A stretch of 64,000 nt of DNA from Gammaproteobacteria bacterium (GCA_965222155.1 CBDCTH010000012.1:224001-288000), one strand, 5' to 3'; positions 19,124 through 29,598 are shown, numbered from the stretch's first letter. Translations and numbers: made by a program. The notes: generated from the sequence alone by a model not told the origin.

Positions 19124-19597
19124 ATGCAATGGTTATTCATTCGAGTAAGACATTCCTGTTTCGTCGTAGCGACAATAGCCTTGGCCATAGCCGCGCCTGC
19201 ATCCGCTCAAACAGGAGCCGGCGCCGATAGTTGCGTCGAGCGTTACCAGCAATGCAATGGCGATTATTCTCAGTATCAAGAGGGCAAAACCATCCGCTGT
19301 GTGGCTGATGTTCTGCGCTGTTCCGGGGCGGATGCGGCGCAGGTCCGTTATCTGTTTACCCCGGAGAAAGCCATACGGGAATGGTATCGCAACTCGCAGT
19401 CAGCCAGCCGCGATCGACGCTACGTGTGCCACGAGACCGCAGACCGATGTTCGCGTCTGTGCCATGAAACCCTCGGGCGGACGGTTGGCTACAGCTATAA
19501 CGCCACAACCGGATATGGCGCTGTCTCGATCGTCGATAGCTGCGATCGTGTATGTCTTGCGCAAGCCGATCGATGCTCGGCGAGCACCGAAGGCTGA
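19124..19597 (+). CDS. Hypothetical secreted cysteine-rich protein
   Basis: GGAGG RBS; signal peptide ending APASA-Q; 10 Cys as Cx6C, Cx6C, Cx6Cx3C, Cx3Cx6C. Confidence 0.7.
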   Translation: MQWLFIRVRHSCFVVATIALAIAAPASAQTGAGADSCVERYQQCNGDYSQYQEGKTIRCVADVLRCSGADAAQVRYLFTPEKAIREWYRNSQSASRDRRYVCHETADRCSRLCHETLGRTVGYSYNATTGYGAVSIVDSCDRVCLAQADRCSASTEG

Positions 19598-19751
19598 CGG
19601 ACGCGCGCCTGAAGATGACGCTGCCATCCACGGTTTTGGCGTATCAATAGCCGATAAGAGTATGCGCCGGCCTTGGGGAAGCGGGGCGAAGCTCTATTGG
19701 CGCCTCCATCGATGGCTGTGACTGAAGGATGCCGAAACACCTGTCTGCCGG

Positions 19752-21065
19752 CTACTCCGCCCGCAGGGCGGTGATGGGATCAAGCCGGGCCGCCTGGTAA
19801 GCCGGATAGAACCCGAAGAAGATACCGACGGCCGATGCCACACCAAACCCGAGTATCACGGCTGCCGTCGACACCAGGAAAGTCCAGTCCGTGAAGTGAC
19901 AGATGGTGTAAGATGCCCCGATGCCGAGGGCGACCCCGAACAGTCCGCCGATCAGCGACAGGATAAGGGACTCCATCAGGAATTGACTTTGGATGTCCCC
20001 GCGGCGGGCGCCCAGCGCCCGCCTGATGCCGATTTCCTTGCGCCGTTCGGTCACCGAGACCAGCATGACATTCATCACTCCGACCCCTCCGACGATGAGC
20101 GAGATGCTGCCGATAGCGCCCAGTAACAGGGTAAACAATTGCATTTGTTTTTCCATCTGTTCGATCAGTTGTCTGGCACTTTCCACCTCCACCTCCAGGC
20201 CCTTGGCTTTGTGGCGGAAATAGGTCTGCACCTCTTCCGTTGCCGCCATATAGTGCACCTGGGGCTGCATACGCGCGATGACCGATTCAATCTCCGCCTC
20301 GCTGAATGCGCGCTGCGCGGTGGTGATAGGCACGAACACGGAGCGGTCTGTGTTGAACTGCCGCATACCCCATCCCGGGGTGTTCTGCAGTACCCCTACG
20401 ACGGTATAAAGACGCCCCGCCAGTTTGATTGTTTCGCCTACGAGCCGGCGCGCGCCGGCGCGCTGCATGGCCTGGGCGATCTCTCCCCCGATGACGCAGT
20501 AGTATCGACGAAAATCCAGGTCTGAGATAAACCGGCCGGTGGTAAGGAACAGCTTGTTGAGATCGGAGAAAGAGGCGGTGACTCCAAGTATCGCGCCATC
20601 GCCCACACGCTTCCCGGCATACACGAACTCTCCGAAGCCATGAGTCGAGGGGGCGGCTGCCAAGATGGATTCTGTCTTTACCGGGAGCTCTAAGGCGTCC
20701 GCCAGACGGATGGTGGCTGTCGCCTGACGGTCAGAGGTCACACCGCCGGCATCGGGGTTTCGGATGGTCAGGATGTCGGTGCCGAGTTCCTGGAATTGTG
20801 CGAGGGCTTCGCTCTTGACGATCTCACCTACCGAAATCATCGCGATCACCGAGCCGATTCCAATCACGATGCCGATCAACGCCAGCAGAGTACGCTGCTT
20901 GGCGGCATACAGACTGCTGACGGCCTCTTTGACGTTTGCCTTAAGCAGCAGCACGGATGGGTTCGCTTTTGATACTGCAGCAATTCCACGCCTGCTGCGC
21001 TTGAGGATTTTTTTGACGTTCGTCCTAAGGATCATGGATGGGCATAGCTCCCGTACCGACATCAC
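19752..21065 (-). CDS. MacB/FtsX-type ABC permease
   Basis: RTLLALIGIVIGIGSVI, GGVGVMNVMLVSVTERRKEIGIRRALGA, PAYQAARLDPITALR. Confidence 0.95.
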   Translation of the reverse strand: MMSVRELCPSMILRTNVKKILKRSRRGIAAVSKANPSVLLLKANVKEAVSSLYAAKQRTLLALIGIVIGIGSVIAMISVGEIVKSEALAQFQELGTDILTIRNPDAGGVTSDRQATATIRLADALELPVKTESILAAAPSTHGFGEFVYAGKRVGDGAILGVTASFSDLNKLFLTTGRFISDLDFRRYYCVIGGEIAQAMQRAGARRLVGETIKLAGRLYTVVGVLQNTPGWGMRQFNTDRSVFVPITTAQRAFSEAEIESVIARMQPQVHYMAATEEVQTYFRHKAKGLEVEVESARQLIEQMEKQMQLFTLLLGAIGSISLIVGGVGVMNVMLVSVTERRKEIGIRRALGARRGDIQSQFLMESLILSLIGGLFGVALGIGASYTICHFTDWTFLVSTAAVILGFGVASAVGIFFGFYPAYQAARLDPITALRAE

Positions 21066-21787
21066 GCCGGATGCGGCGCCTCCTCATGCAACTCTCCGTC
21101 ACGGATGCGGGTGCGCCGCGTACATTGCCGGGCAATCGCCGGATCATGGGTAATGATGATGACGGTTACCTGTTCTTCCGCATTCAGGCGGATAAAAAGC
21201 TTCATGATCTCCGTGCCGATCTGAGGGTCCAGGGCGCCAGTAGGCTCATCGGCCAGGATGATGCCCGGTTCTCCGACCAGGGCCCGGGCGATGGCTACTC
21301 GCTGTTGCTGTCCGCCGGAGAGCTGATTCGGCTTGTGACTGCCCCGGTCCCCCAGGCCGACCTTGTCCAGGACTCTCTGCACGCGTCGCTTGATCTCCTT
21401 GTCTGCCAGACCTCGATATACCAGCGGAACACCGACGTTTTCCTGGGCAGTCAGGCGCGCCAGCAGATTGAAGGACTGAAACACGAAGCCGATGCTGGTG
21501 TTCCGAATGACGGACAACTCGTTGTCGCCAGCGCTCGAGACTTCTCGTCCTCCCAGGAGATAGGAGCCGTTCGTGGGCTGGTCCAACAGGCCGATGATAT
21601 TCATCAGGGTCGATTTACCACACCCCGATGGCCCCATGATCGACAACAGGTCGCCTCGGTTCACCTCGAGGTTAACCCCCCGCAGGATCTCCACGGCAAT
21701 GGGGCCGATATGATACGTCTTGCAGATATCTACCAGAGCGCAGCATAGCGAGCGTCTCCGGTCAGGTTCCGGAAAGCACGACTTCAT
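21062..21787 (-). CDS. LolD/MacB-type ABC ATP-binding protein
   Basis: [37 protein letters not shown]. Confidence 0.95.
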   Translation of the reverse strand: MKSCFPEPDRRRSLCCALVDICKTYHIGPIAVEILRGVNLEVNRGDLLSIMGPSGCGKSTLMNIIGLLDQPTNGSYLLGGREVSSAGDNELSVIRNTSIGFVFQSFNLLARLTAQENVGVPLVYRGLADKEIKRRVQRVLDKVGLGDRGSHKPNQLSGGQQQRVAIARALVGEPGIILADEPTGALDPQIGTEIMKLFIRLNAEEQVTVIIITHDPAIARQCTRRTRIRDGELHEEAPHPA

Positions 21788-23561
21788 CGCCGGGCGCGAG
21801 CCCGTGGACGATTTCCACCCTATCCACGGTGGTTACCCCAACATCCACCCGCACCTCCCGCACCTCATCGGTCTCTTTGTCCTTGACCCGCAGCCAGGTT
21901 TCGGCGTCGCGCATTTCAATAGCATCGAAGGGCACGAGCAACGCGTCCGGCCTGGCATAGACGATGACCTCAAGATCAGCTGACATGCCCAGACGCACCT
22001 CCCGCCGTTGTGCCGGGGTGAGATTCCCGATAGCCACAGTGACCTGGAATGATGGCAATTCATCTCTCCCTTGTCCATTGCCCGCCTGTGAGGAGACCTG
22101 GACGATCGTCCCCTGCAGTGTCTGGTCGGGGAAAGCATCACCGCTGATCCTGACCTCATGTTGCGGATGAATTTTCGTAATATCCACCTCGTCCACCCAG
22201 CCGACGACCGACAGACTGTCAAGCTCCCCGATAGTCAGCAGGCGCTCCCCCTGCGTCACCGACCGGCCAGCCGCGATACGTCCGGAATCCCCACTCGACT
22301 GACTGCGCCGGTCGTCACGACGCGGCTGGAGGATAACACCCCCGACCGGCGCCTCGACCACCGTCTTTTGCAGGGCTTGTTCCAACTGCCGCATCCGAAT
22401 ACGAGTATTGTCGAGTTGCAACCGGGCTACCTGCCTGGCGTCAGCATCGCCCTTGTCCAGCACGGCCTGGAGGTCCTGCTGAGTCGCTTCATAGTCCAAC
22501 TGCTGGTTACGGTATTGCTGTTCGGCCGCCTGGTGCTCCGAGGCGGGGATGACCCCCTGCTGCTGCAGAAAGGCGGTTTCGTCCAGCTTGTTGCGCTGAT
22601 CCTCAAGCGCCATCTTGGCTCTGCTGACCCCCCGCCGGGCGCGCACCACCTCAAGGCTGTTGGCCCAGTCCTCCAGCTCTTTGAAATGTCCGAGGGCTTT
22701 GATATACGCCGATTGAGCCTCGCGATACTCCCGTTCGACCTCGACGGCATCCAGTTTCAGCAGTTGTTGTCCTTTGGACACCTGTTCGCCGTACTGAAAA
22801 TGGATGGCAGCCACCTTGCCGGCGAGCGGACTGATGATGTTTACCTCACGGCGGGGCGCCAGCCGTCCGGATAACAGGATCGTCGAGTAAACCCGTTGCG
22901 GTTCAACAACCAGGGTGTGCAGGGCCGTGGCGGCCGGCGCCGCAGCGCGTGGTGTCGGCATGTCTGGTGCTGCCGACTGGAGATTCGTGTCCCAGCTACG
23001 TAACCCGGCTGCCAGAAACAGGCTGATGACAAATACCGTCGCCACCACCCGCACCACCTGTACCTTCTTCAGGGCTGAGGCCAGCGTCTGATTGTTTTCT
23101 TCAATCTTTCGGTAAGCCTCCTGAAGTTCGATATGTTGCGCCTTGATCGATTCCGTCAGTTGCAACTCGGCTTCCCGCAGCTCCCTGATTTCGGTAATAT
23201 CGCTGAATACGGCGATGACGCCGATTCTTTGAATACCGCCATCCTGGCTGACCTGCAGATACGAGGTGGTAAGCGCAAGGGAACGCGTTGTATCGCCCAG
23301 GGGCACCCTGACCACCCGCTGATGACCAACCGCCGCTTCATAGACAGCATCAAAGATGGTTTGGGTAAAATCGTCCATGCCATCCATGGTCAGAAAGATT
23401 TCACCGAATACGCGCCCTAGCACCTCCTCAGGCACAAGCCCCAGCATATGGGAAGCCGCCGGGTTGAATGTCATGATGCGGCCCTCGAGATCAATCGTCA
23501 TGACCCCGTCATTCATGTTGTCCAGGACATTTTTATGGATCAGGGCTTCCCGGTCCATCAT
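21762..23561 (-). CDS. PAS domain-membrane fusion (HlyD/MacA-like adaptor) fusion protein
   Basis: N-terminal PAS (VLDNMNDGVMTIDLEGRIMTFNPAA...VFSDITE), coiled coil, one TM, then adaptor motifs ([43 protein letters not shown]). Confidence 0.88.
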   Translation of the reverse strand: MMDREALIHKNVLDNMNDGVMTIDLEGRIMTFNPAASHMLGLVPEEVLGRVFGEIFLTMDGMDDFTQTIFDAVYEAAVGHQRVVRVPLGDTTRSLALTTSYLQVSQDGGIQRIGVIAVFSDITEIRELREAELQLTESIKAQHIELQEAYRKIEENNQTLASALKKVQVVRVVATVFVISLFLAAGLRSWDTNLQSAAPDMPTPRAAAPAATALHTLVVEPQRVYSTILLSGRLAPRREVNIISPLAGKVAAIHFQYGEQVSKGQQLLKLDAVEVEREYREAQSAYIKALGHFKELEDWANSLEVVRARRGVSRAKMALEDQRNKLDETAFLQQQGVIPASEHQAAEQQYRNQQLDYEATQQDLQAVLDKGDADARQVARLQLDNTRIRMRQLEQALQKTVVEAPVGGVILQPRRDDRRSQSSGDSGRIAAGRSVTQGERLLTIGELDSLSVVGWVDEVDITKIHPQHEVRISGDAFPDQTLQGTIVQVSSQAGNGQGRDELPSFQVTVAIGNLTPAQRREVRLGMSADLEVIVYARPDALLVPFDAIEMRDAETWLRVKDKETDEVREVRVDVGVTTVDRVEIVHGLAPGDEVVLSGT

Positions 23562-25024
23562 TCTTCCATCCGTTTGACGTCGATCTGCCAGGTTTCCAGG
23601 GTCGTGCCCAAGGTCTGGTCAAGTGAAGTCAGGGCGTTCAGGTAAGCGATCACCGCGCCTACTTCGCTGTTCTGGGCGTCTACCAGATCGTCCTCGAACC
23701 TGACCAGTTGAAAGTTTGTCGACAGGCCCAATTTCAGCTTCTCCTGCTCAATGTCCAACTTTTGTTCGGCGAGCTCACGCGCCCGTTGAGCCAACTCGAC
23801 CTGTCGAAATCGCACGTCGACCTCGCGCACCGCGTTGAGGACAATGATATCGACTTTCTGGCGCAACTCCTCCAGGTTACGTCTGGCCTGCTCCAGTCTG
23901 ATCCTGGCGGTCGAATAGTTTCGCCTGGGAGCGCGGTCCACCAGAGGGATGGCCAGGTTCAGCCCGATACGATAGTCACCCCCATTATCAAACGCCGTAC
24001 CAATGGAATCGCTGCCCGAGAGATCCACGGAGGAGGTCAAGGACAAATCCCACAGGCGGTTGTTTTTGGCGACCAGGAGGGCGGTCTCGGAGTTCTCAAT
24101 ATGCAACAGCGCCTGTAAATATTCGGGACGGTGTTGTAACGCCAGCTCCATGCTGCGCGTTACATCGGGTTTTATGGGATCCACGGTCATGGTTTCCGTC
24201 GGTTCGACCTGGGTACGGCTGTCGATATCCAGGATGTCGATCAGGGCGAGACGGGCAGCGTCCAGGCTATTGCGCGTCTCGGTGAGCCTCAATTCACGGT
24301 TGGCCACTTCCGCTTCGGCCTGGACGATATCGCGTGCGGCCATCCGGCCAGCCTGGATCAGCAACTGGTTCACAGCCAGCAAGTCCTTGCCCCGCTGCAG
24401 CGAACGAGTGCTGATTTCCAGCCGTCGTTTGGCTTGGATAAAGCTTCGATAGGTCTGGATAACTGAGGTGACAATATTGATAACCACCGCTTTGAACCCG
24501 AGGACGTTGATCTCCTCCATACGCCGGGCAGTCCTGAGCGAGGCGGTACCGACCTTGACTCCGCCGCCTTTCAACAGAGGCTGGCTGAAGCTGAACCTCA
24601 ATGCGGTATGGAACTGATCGGCGACGGAATTTTCCCAGTCAAAGCCAAGCTGTCCCCCGGTAGGAATGCGCAGGGTCACCCCGGAGGAAATAGCCGCATC
24701 AGCGCTGTCTTCCCGATATTCCCCGGATTGTGAGAGGTACCTGGTAGACGGCGTGACGTTTACCTTTGGCCAAAACTCGTCCTCGCTCGCTTCAAGAGCG
24801 AACTTATCCAGGACGCGGCCAAGGCGGGCATTGATGAGACTCCGGTTATTCCGCAAGGCCAGCGCAATAGTGTCGGCCAGGTTGAGTTTCAGCGGCAGTG
24901 ACTGGAGATGTTCAGGTTGTTCATCCCCTGCCGACCCGGCACCTGGGGAGATCAGCAACAGGACGAAAAAAATGCTCACAAGCCTCATAGGCATCCAAGA
25001 GAAAATCGAGTCAGGACTGTACAC
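23558..25024 (-). CDS. TolC-family outer membrane efflux protein
   Basis: Signal peptide, ALRNNRSL, FSQPLLKG, ALQHRPE, EQEKLKLGLST. Confidence 0.9.
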   Translation of the reverse strand: MYSPDSIFSWMPMRLVSIFFVLLLISPGAGSAGDEQPEHLQSLPLKLNLADTIALALRNNRSLINARLGRVLDKFALEASEDEFWPKVNVTPSTRYLSQSGEYREDSADAAISSGVTLRIPTGGQLGFDWENSVADQFHTALRFSFSQPLLKGGGVKVGTASLRTARRMEEINVLGFKAVVINIVTSVIQTYRSFIQAKRRLEISTRSLQRGKDLLAVNQLLIQAGRMAARDIVQAEAEVANRELRLTETRNSLDAARLALIDILDIDSRTQVEPTETMTVDPIKPDVTRSMELALQHRPEYLQALLHIENSETALLVAKNNRLWDLSLTSSVDLSGSDSIGTAFDNGGDYRIGLNLAIPLVDRAPRRNYSTARIRLEQARRNLEELRQKVDIIVLNAVREVDVRFRQVELAQRARELAEQKLDIEQEKLKLGLSTNFQLVRFEDDLVDAQNSEVGAVIAYLNALTSLDQTLGTTLETWQIDVKRMEE

Positions 25025-25094
25025 GCTAAATTCTACTACATACTATACTTGGTTTACCTGCTCCTGTCTAAAGCAAGATCATACTTGTCGTCAT

Positions 25095-25300
25095 CAGGGC
25101 AAACGCATACTTTTGAATTCAGATGTTTTTGCCCGATTCCGTCATTCTGGCGCAGGCCAGAATCCAGTGAATAACCCTTCATTACCCTGAGCCTGCGCTG
25201 TTGTTTGACTGGATGCTGGCATTCGCCAGCATGACGGGCGGTGTTTTCCGGTTGGTTTCCTGTCTTCTGCAACAGAATCCAAAAGTATGCGGTTGCCCTG
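25095..25300 (+). mobile_element. MITE-A copy 2
   Basis: Near-identical 206-bp element; flanks ACTTGTCGTCAT / ACTTGTTGTCAT. Confidence 0.9.
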
Positions 25301-25382
25301 ACTTGTTGTCATAAGGAAGAGGTTTTTTATTCCAAATAATATATAAAAGTATGCGTTCGCCCTGTCATATGTACTAAACCCG

Positions 25383-25547
25383 CAGCAGTTCCCGCTAACG
25401 CCCGGGATCGAGGGCATCCTGCCCGCGTGGAGGGCGAGACGCCCTCCCTCCCAGGGAAACATGCCCCCTTATGGTCAGACTCCCAGGGGACAGATTTAAA
25501 TCTGTCCCCCTTGTCTTAAACTGTATTGACCTTGATTTAGCAGGAGC
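25383..25547 (+). repeat. R element
   Basis: CAGCAGTTCCCGCTAA, two GAGGGC hairpins, GGGGGACAGATTTAAATCTGTCCCCC, ACTGTATTGACC. Confidence 0.9.
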
Positions 25548-25756
25548 CGCCGTCCTGGTAATCGATTGCTGGTAATCGATTGCTTGAGAGATTAGTTTGT
25601 CATATGATAACCTGCCGGTTCCACGGGTTCAGAAACAGACGGCGTAACACTTCACGAACCGGCTATGTCACGAGCACCCTGACACCCGGCTGGAATTGAC
25701 TGAAACCCGGATGGAAAATCATCAATCAATGTCGCATCGAAACTCAAGGAGCAGCT

Positions 25757-26794
25757 ATGGCTACGCGCAAAATTGCCGATGATCCACGTATAGATCCCCG
25801 TCTCAAAGCGGTTTCGGATCAGCTACCCGTCCAGCCTGTTCTGAACGTGAAGAACCGTGAGGAGTTGCTGGCGATTGTGGCATCCGCTGAAACCCGGCAG
25901 CACTTTGCCGAGCAGGATGCCTGGCTGGATGCCATGAACAGCGAAGCAATTGCCCCTTCCGCAGGCCTGTCGATACGCACGCTCGAATTTGCCTCACAAC
26001 CCGATGGCAATACCGTCAAAATTCTGTTCATGCGGCCGCACACCGAGGGGCAACTGCCATGCGTCTATTACATTCATGGTGGCGGCATGATGGCTTTCTC
26101 CTGCTTCTTTGGCAATTATCAGACTTGGGGGAGAATGATTGCCCACCAGGGTGTGGCGCTGGCGCTGGTGGATTTCCGCAATTGCCTGATGCCGTCCTCC
26201 TCACCGGAGGTGGCGCCGTTTCCAGCCGGTTTGAACGATTGTGTGTCGGGAATACGCTGGATGACCGATAATAGCGCGCAGTTGAACATTGACCCCAAGC
26301 GCATCATCGTCTCCGGTGAAAGCGGTGGCGGCAACCTGGCATTGGCAAGCGCGATAGCGCTGAATCGGGAGGGCGAAATCCATCGGATCAGCGGGGTCTA
26401 CGCTTTGTGCCCCTATATTGCCGGTGACTATCCGCGTCCCGAATACCCGTCCACAACCGAGAACAACGGCATATTTTTGCAGTTGCACCACAACAGCAGC
26501 CGCATGGCCTACGGGATTCAAGCGTTTGACGAGCGCAACCCCCTGGCCTGGCCCGATTTTGCCTCCGGCGCTGACATCGGAGGATTCCCCCCGACGGTTA
26601 TCAGCGTCAACGAATGCGACCCCTTGCGGGACGAAGGCATCCACTTTTATCGCTTGCTGCTCGCCAATGGCGTGGCGGCGCGGTGTCGCCAGGTGATGGG
26701 CACGATTCACGCAACCGAGATTCTTCCCGTCGTCTGCCCGGAGATCAGCCGTGATACCGCCCGGGACTTAGCGGCCTTCTGCCGGGGCGACTGA
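25757..26794 (+). CDS. HSL-family alpha/beta hydrolase (esterase/lipase)
   Basis: YIHGGG, GESGGGNL, CDPLRDEG. Confidence 0.92.
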   Translation: MATRKIADDPRIDPRLKAVSDQLPVQPVLNVKNREELLAIVASAETRQHFAEQDAWLDAMNSEAIAPSAGLSIRTLEFASQPDGNTVKILFMRPHTEGQLPCVYYIHGGGMMAFSCFFGNYQTWGRMIAHQGVALALVDFRNCLMPSSSPEVAPFPAGLNDCVSGIRWMTDNSAQLNIDPKRIIVSGESGGGNLALASAIALNREGEIHRISGVYALCPYIAGDYPRPEYPSTTENNGIFLQLHHNSSRMAYGIQAFDERNPLAWPDFASGADIGGFPPTVISVNECDPLRDEGIHFYRLLLANGVAARCRQVMGTIHATEILPVVCPEISRDTARDLAAFCRGD

Positions 26795-26849
26795 TGCAAA
26801 CGAAAACTGATTCAAGCTGTTGTATTCCGAGAGAGAAAGAGGAAACGTC

Positions 26850-27332
26850 ATGAATATGTCAAAAGAAGAAACGACCCGGCTCACCGAGCGCTGGCTGGAA
26901 GAGATTTTCAACGAACACCGACTCGATGCGGTGGACGAGCTCCTCGCCGAGGATTTCAAACGCTATGACGGGCATAGCTGGCTATATGGGCGGGAAGACT
27001 ACAAGCGCCTGTTGGCGACATTCTTCCAGGCCACGCCGGATATGAAACATACACCGACGCATATTGCCGTGGATGGAGGCCTGGTCATGATACGTTGGGA
27101 GGCAACCGGAACGTTTAGTGGCGACTTTATCGCCCCGGGTGGGTCAACCGCCTTCCCGGCGACCCATCAACCCATTGCTTTCACGGGAACCGATACCATC
27201 GTCATACGGGATGGCAAGGTGGCGGAAACCTACTCTTCTGCGGACAAGCTGGCACTGTTCTCCCAGTTAAACCCGACAATCGGTACGGTTGTTGCGCAAG
27301 AGTTGAGCAAGTTGGCGCCATCCTCGAAATAA
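26850..27332 (+). CDS. SnoaL-like ester cyclase / NTF2-fold protein
   Basis: EEIFNEHRLDAVDELLAEDF, PDMK, RWEATGTFSG, RDGKVAE. Confidence 0.8.
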   Translation: MNMSKEETTRLTERWLEEIFNEHRLDAVDELLAEDFKRYDGHSWLYGREDYKRLLATFFQATPDMKHTPTHIAVDGGLVMIRWEATGTFSGDFIAPGGSTAFPATHQPIAFTGTDTIVIRDGKVAETYSSADKLALFSQLNPTIGTVVAQELSKLAPSSK

Positions 27333-27394
27333 CTAAAAGTATGATCTTGTCCTGATTTGTTCCTGGCACTGGAAAACACGTTCTGGACATTGTG

Positions 27395-27533
27395 CAGGTG
27401 CTGAAGACAGGGGGGACAGATTTAAATCTGTCCCCCAGGAGTCCTAAAGGGGCATGTTTCCCTGGGAGGGAGGGCGTCTCGCCCTCCACGAGGGCAGGAT
27501 ACCCTCGATCCCGGGAGTTGGCGGGAACTGCTG
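27395..27533 (-). repeat. R element, reverse orientation, internally deleted
   Basis: Reverse complement of CAGCAGTTCCCGC...GGGGACAGATTTAAATCTGTCCCC; an ISAs1-like end AAAAGTATGATCTTGTCCTG lies at 27335-27354. Confidence 0.88.
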
Positions 27534-27624
27534 TACTTGTTAAAAAAACATTACTATACTATTATGCAAAAAGCTGACCATAATTTATAATTGTGCGCCT
27601 TATTTAATATCCAGGACAATCTCC

Positions 27625-27960
27625 ATGAAACCACACAACATCAAATACATATTGTTGATATTAACAATTCTTCCTGGCATCACAACAGCCGAGACATATA
27701 CCCCTTCTGAAGAGGCTAGAAAAGCTTTCCGTAAATGCGTCGTCGCTGAAGGAAAGGCATGGTCAGCTTGCTACGATCATTTATATTCCTATGCGGATGG
27801 TACCGCTGAAGAAAACGAAGTATCTGACTCAAACCTCATCGCCCGTAAGGAACCAAAGCAAGCAATCGCTTACTATGCGCCACGCTGGGTCTACAGGCTT
27901 CTGCCAACTTTCAATCCGCCAAATGACACAGAACAAACATCACTCTGGGCAACCGACTGA
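27625..27960 (+). CDS. Hypothetical exported protein (low GC)
   Basis: AGGA RBS; signal peptide MKPHNIKYILLILTILPGITTA; Cx9C pair. Confidence 0.5.
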   Translation: MKPHNIKYILLILTILPGITTAETYTPSEEARKAFRKCVVAEGKAWSACYDHLYSYADGTAEENEVSDSNLIARKEPKQAIAYYAPRWVYRLLPTFNPPNDTEQTSLWATD

Positions 27961-28026
27961 CTCCGTAAAAGGCCTTGCCTCTCGCTGACACCAATAGCAC
28001 CACTAATTCACATCATTTCTCTTACT

Positions 28027-28488
28027 ATGGCAGAACCATCGATTCAAGAACCCGTTGAACATCCTGAGAAAACCAATACTAAAAATAAAACGATCCATTA
28101 CCTCTTACTGATGTTCGTCAGTATAATGAGCGCCTGGGCCGCAGGACGGATGATAGGAATAAGCCAGTATGACAACGCTGTAGTAGCCGCGGTCGTACCT
28201 GTTTTACTCTCCGCCGGATGGGGAATAATCTTTCTCAAATACGCGGCTATCAATAACGACAAGATTAATAGCAATCTAAGCGCCATTACAATTGCTTTAA
28301 TTATATTCCTCTATGTCATCACCATATCCGCAGATTCCAGCTATCAAGATGAAAAAACAAAAAAACTGGATTCAGAATACGACAGTAAGTACTTTGAAAA
28401 TTGTTCATACGTCGAGTTTCATACCAACCAAGCAAGAAGTGCATTAGGATTAACTCCATTAGGAAGTAATTATTTCTGCCTCAAATAA
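28027..28488 (+). CDS. Hypothetical membrane protein (about 3 TM, low GC)
   Basis: Three hydrophobic segments in a 153-aa ORF. Confidence 0.55.
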   Translation: MAEPSIQEPVEHPEKTNTKNKTIHYLLLMFVSIMSAWAAGRMIGISQYDNAVVAAVVPVLLSAGWGIIFLKYAAINNDKINSNLSAITIALIIFLYVITISADSSYQDEKTKKLDSEYDSKYFENCSYVEFHTNQARSALGLTPLGSNYFCLK

Positions 28489-28554
28489 CTCCCTGTCTCT
28501 CCCCCCCTTTTTTCTTACATAGACCTGTATTATCCCGGCCCCTGCGGACGAAAG

Positions 28555-29418
28555 CCCAAGACCATAAATCAAATCAGTCCTGATACAAAACACCCAGTCA
28601 GGCTTTCAAGCCATAACATTAACAGCCCTTCCACCTGTCGGGGCGTGCATGTCATCACGGGGTATGACAAGGCGTTCACAGTGGTGGTGCAGCGCACGCG
28701 CAAAGGGGGGCAGCAGTGTCTGGATTGGGGTGAGGAAGACGGTGACGACGACACCGCCGTGACGGACGGGGGGATAGCTACCGGGCGCTGGCCACCCATC
28801 GGGAGGCATTGCGTGACAGTGAGAGTGTGCATTGGTATAACCTGCGCGGCGAGGACTCGGAGAATCGCATCAAGGAATTGAAGTGCGACTTCGCCGGTGA
28901 GCGCTTGCCCTGTGGTCAGTGTGACGCCAATGCCCTGTACTGTCACCTGTGTGTGACCGCCTATAACCTGTTTGTGCTGTTGCGTCACTCGCTACCGCCA
29001 CAGTGGCATACCTGCCGGGCGCCGACCATCCGCTGGCGTGTGTATGCGATGGCTGCGAAAGTTGTTTCTCATGCCCGCCGGGTGCCTCTGACGTGCCGGC
29101 CTGAGCAGGCCGGCTTGGTGAAGACCCTGCTGGCGGCCCTGGCGCCGCCGCCGCAGGCGCCGCCGCTGGCTAGCGTAGCGTAGTCCTGCTAACCCCCCTG
29201 TTCTCAGTCACCCCCGGCAGCCGGGGGCGGGGTGCCCCTGCCTGTCTTATTGCCCTGGCCATGTTAATCTGCCTGATATTGTCCCAATCCGGCGTGAGCA
29301 AGCGCCAACCTGCCCTATACAAGGGTCAACCCTGGCTCATTGCTATTGAGTAAGGCACTACAAACAGGCAGAATGCGCCTTGAATGCCCGTTTCAAATCT
29401 CTAACGCGGGATTTGGGG
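28555..29418 (+). mobile_element. IS1380-family remnant (degenerate transposase C-terminus at 28809-29183)
   Basis: HWYNLRGEDSENRIKELKCDF..RLPCG..ANA...AYNL...TIRW...AKVVSHARR resembles the IS1380 DDE C-terminus; element ends are approximate. Confidence 0.7.
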
Positions 29419-29598
29419 AAAATACTCTGCTGGACATTGTGTATAAGACTATGCTACGTTGGAAACAGTTGATCTCGGATTACCATCAGGCCATTCGCGA
29501 CCTGTCGGTTGAGAGGCAATTGGCTGAAGGAGACACGCGGTTATGTCAGCAACGGAGATGGGCCTTGTGTAGCGTCCCATGGTATTCGGAGGATGATT

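Noticed and set aside
18121-25300. Composite transposon formed by two MITE-A copies around the exporter
   Set aside because: Each copy has its own flanking duplication, indicating independent insertions.
25054-25462. Small ORFs within MITE-A/R elements (also 62698-63170)
   Set aside because: Lie entirely in repeat DNA with no recognisable domain.
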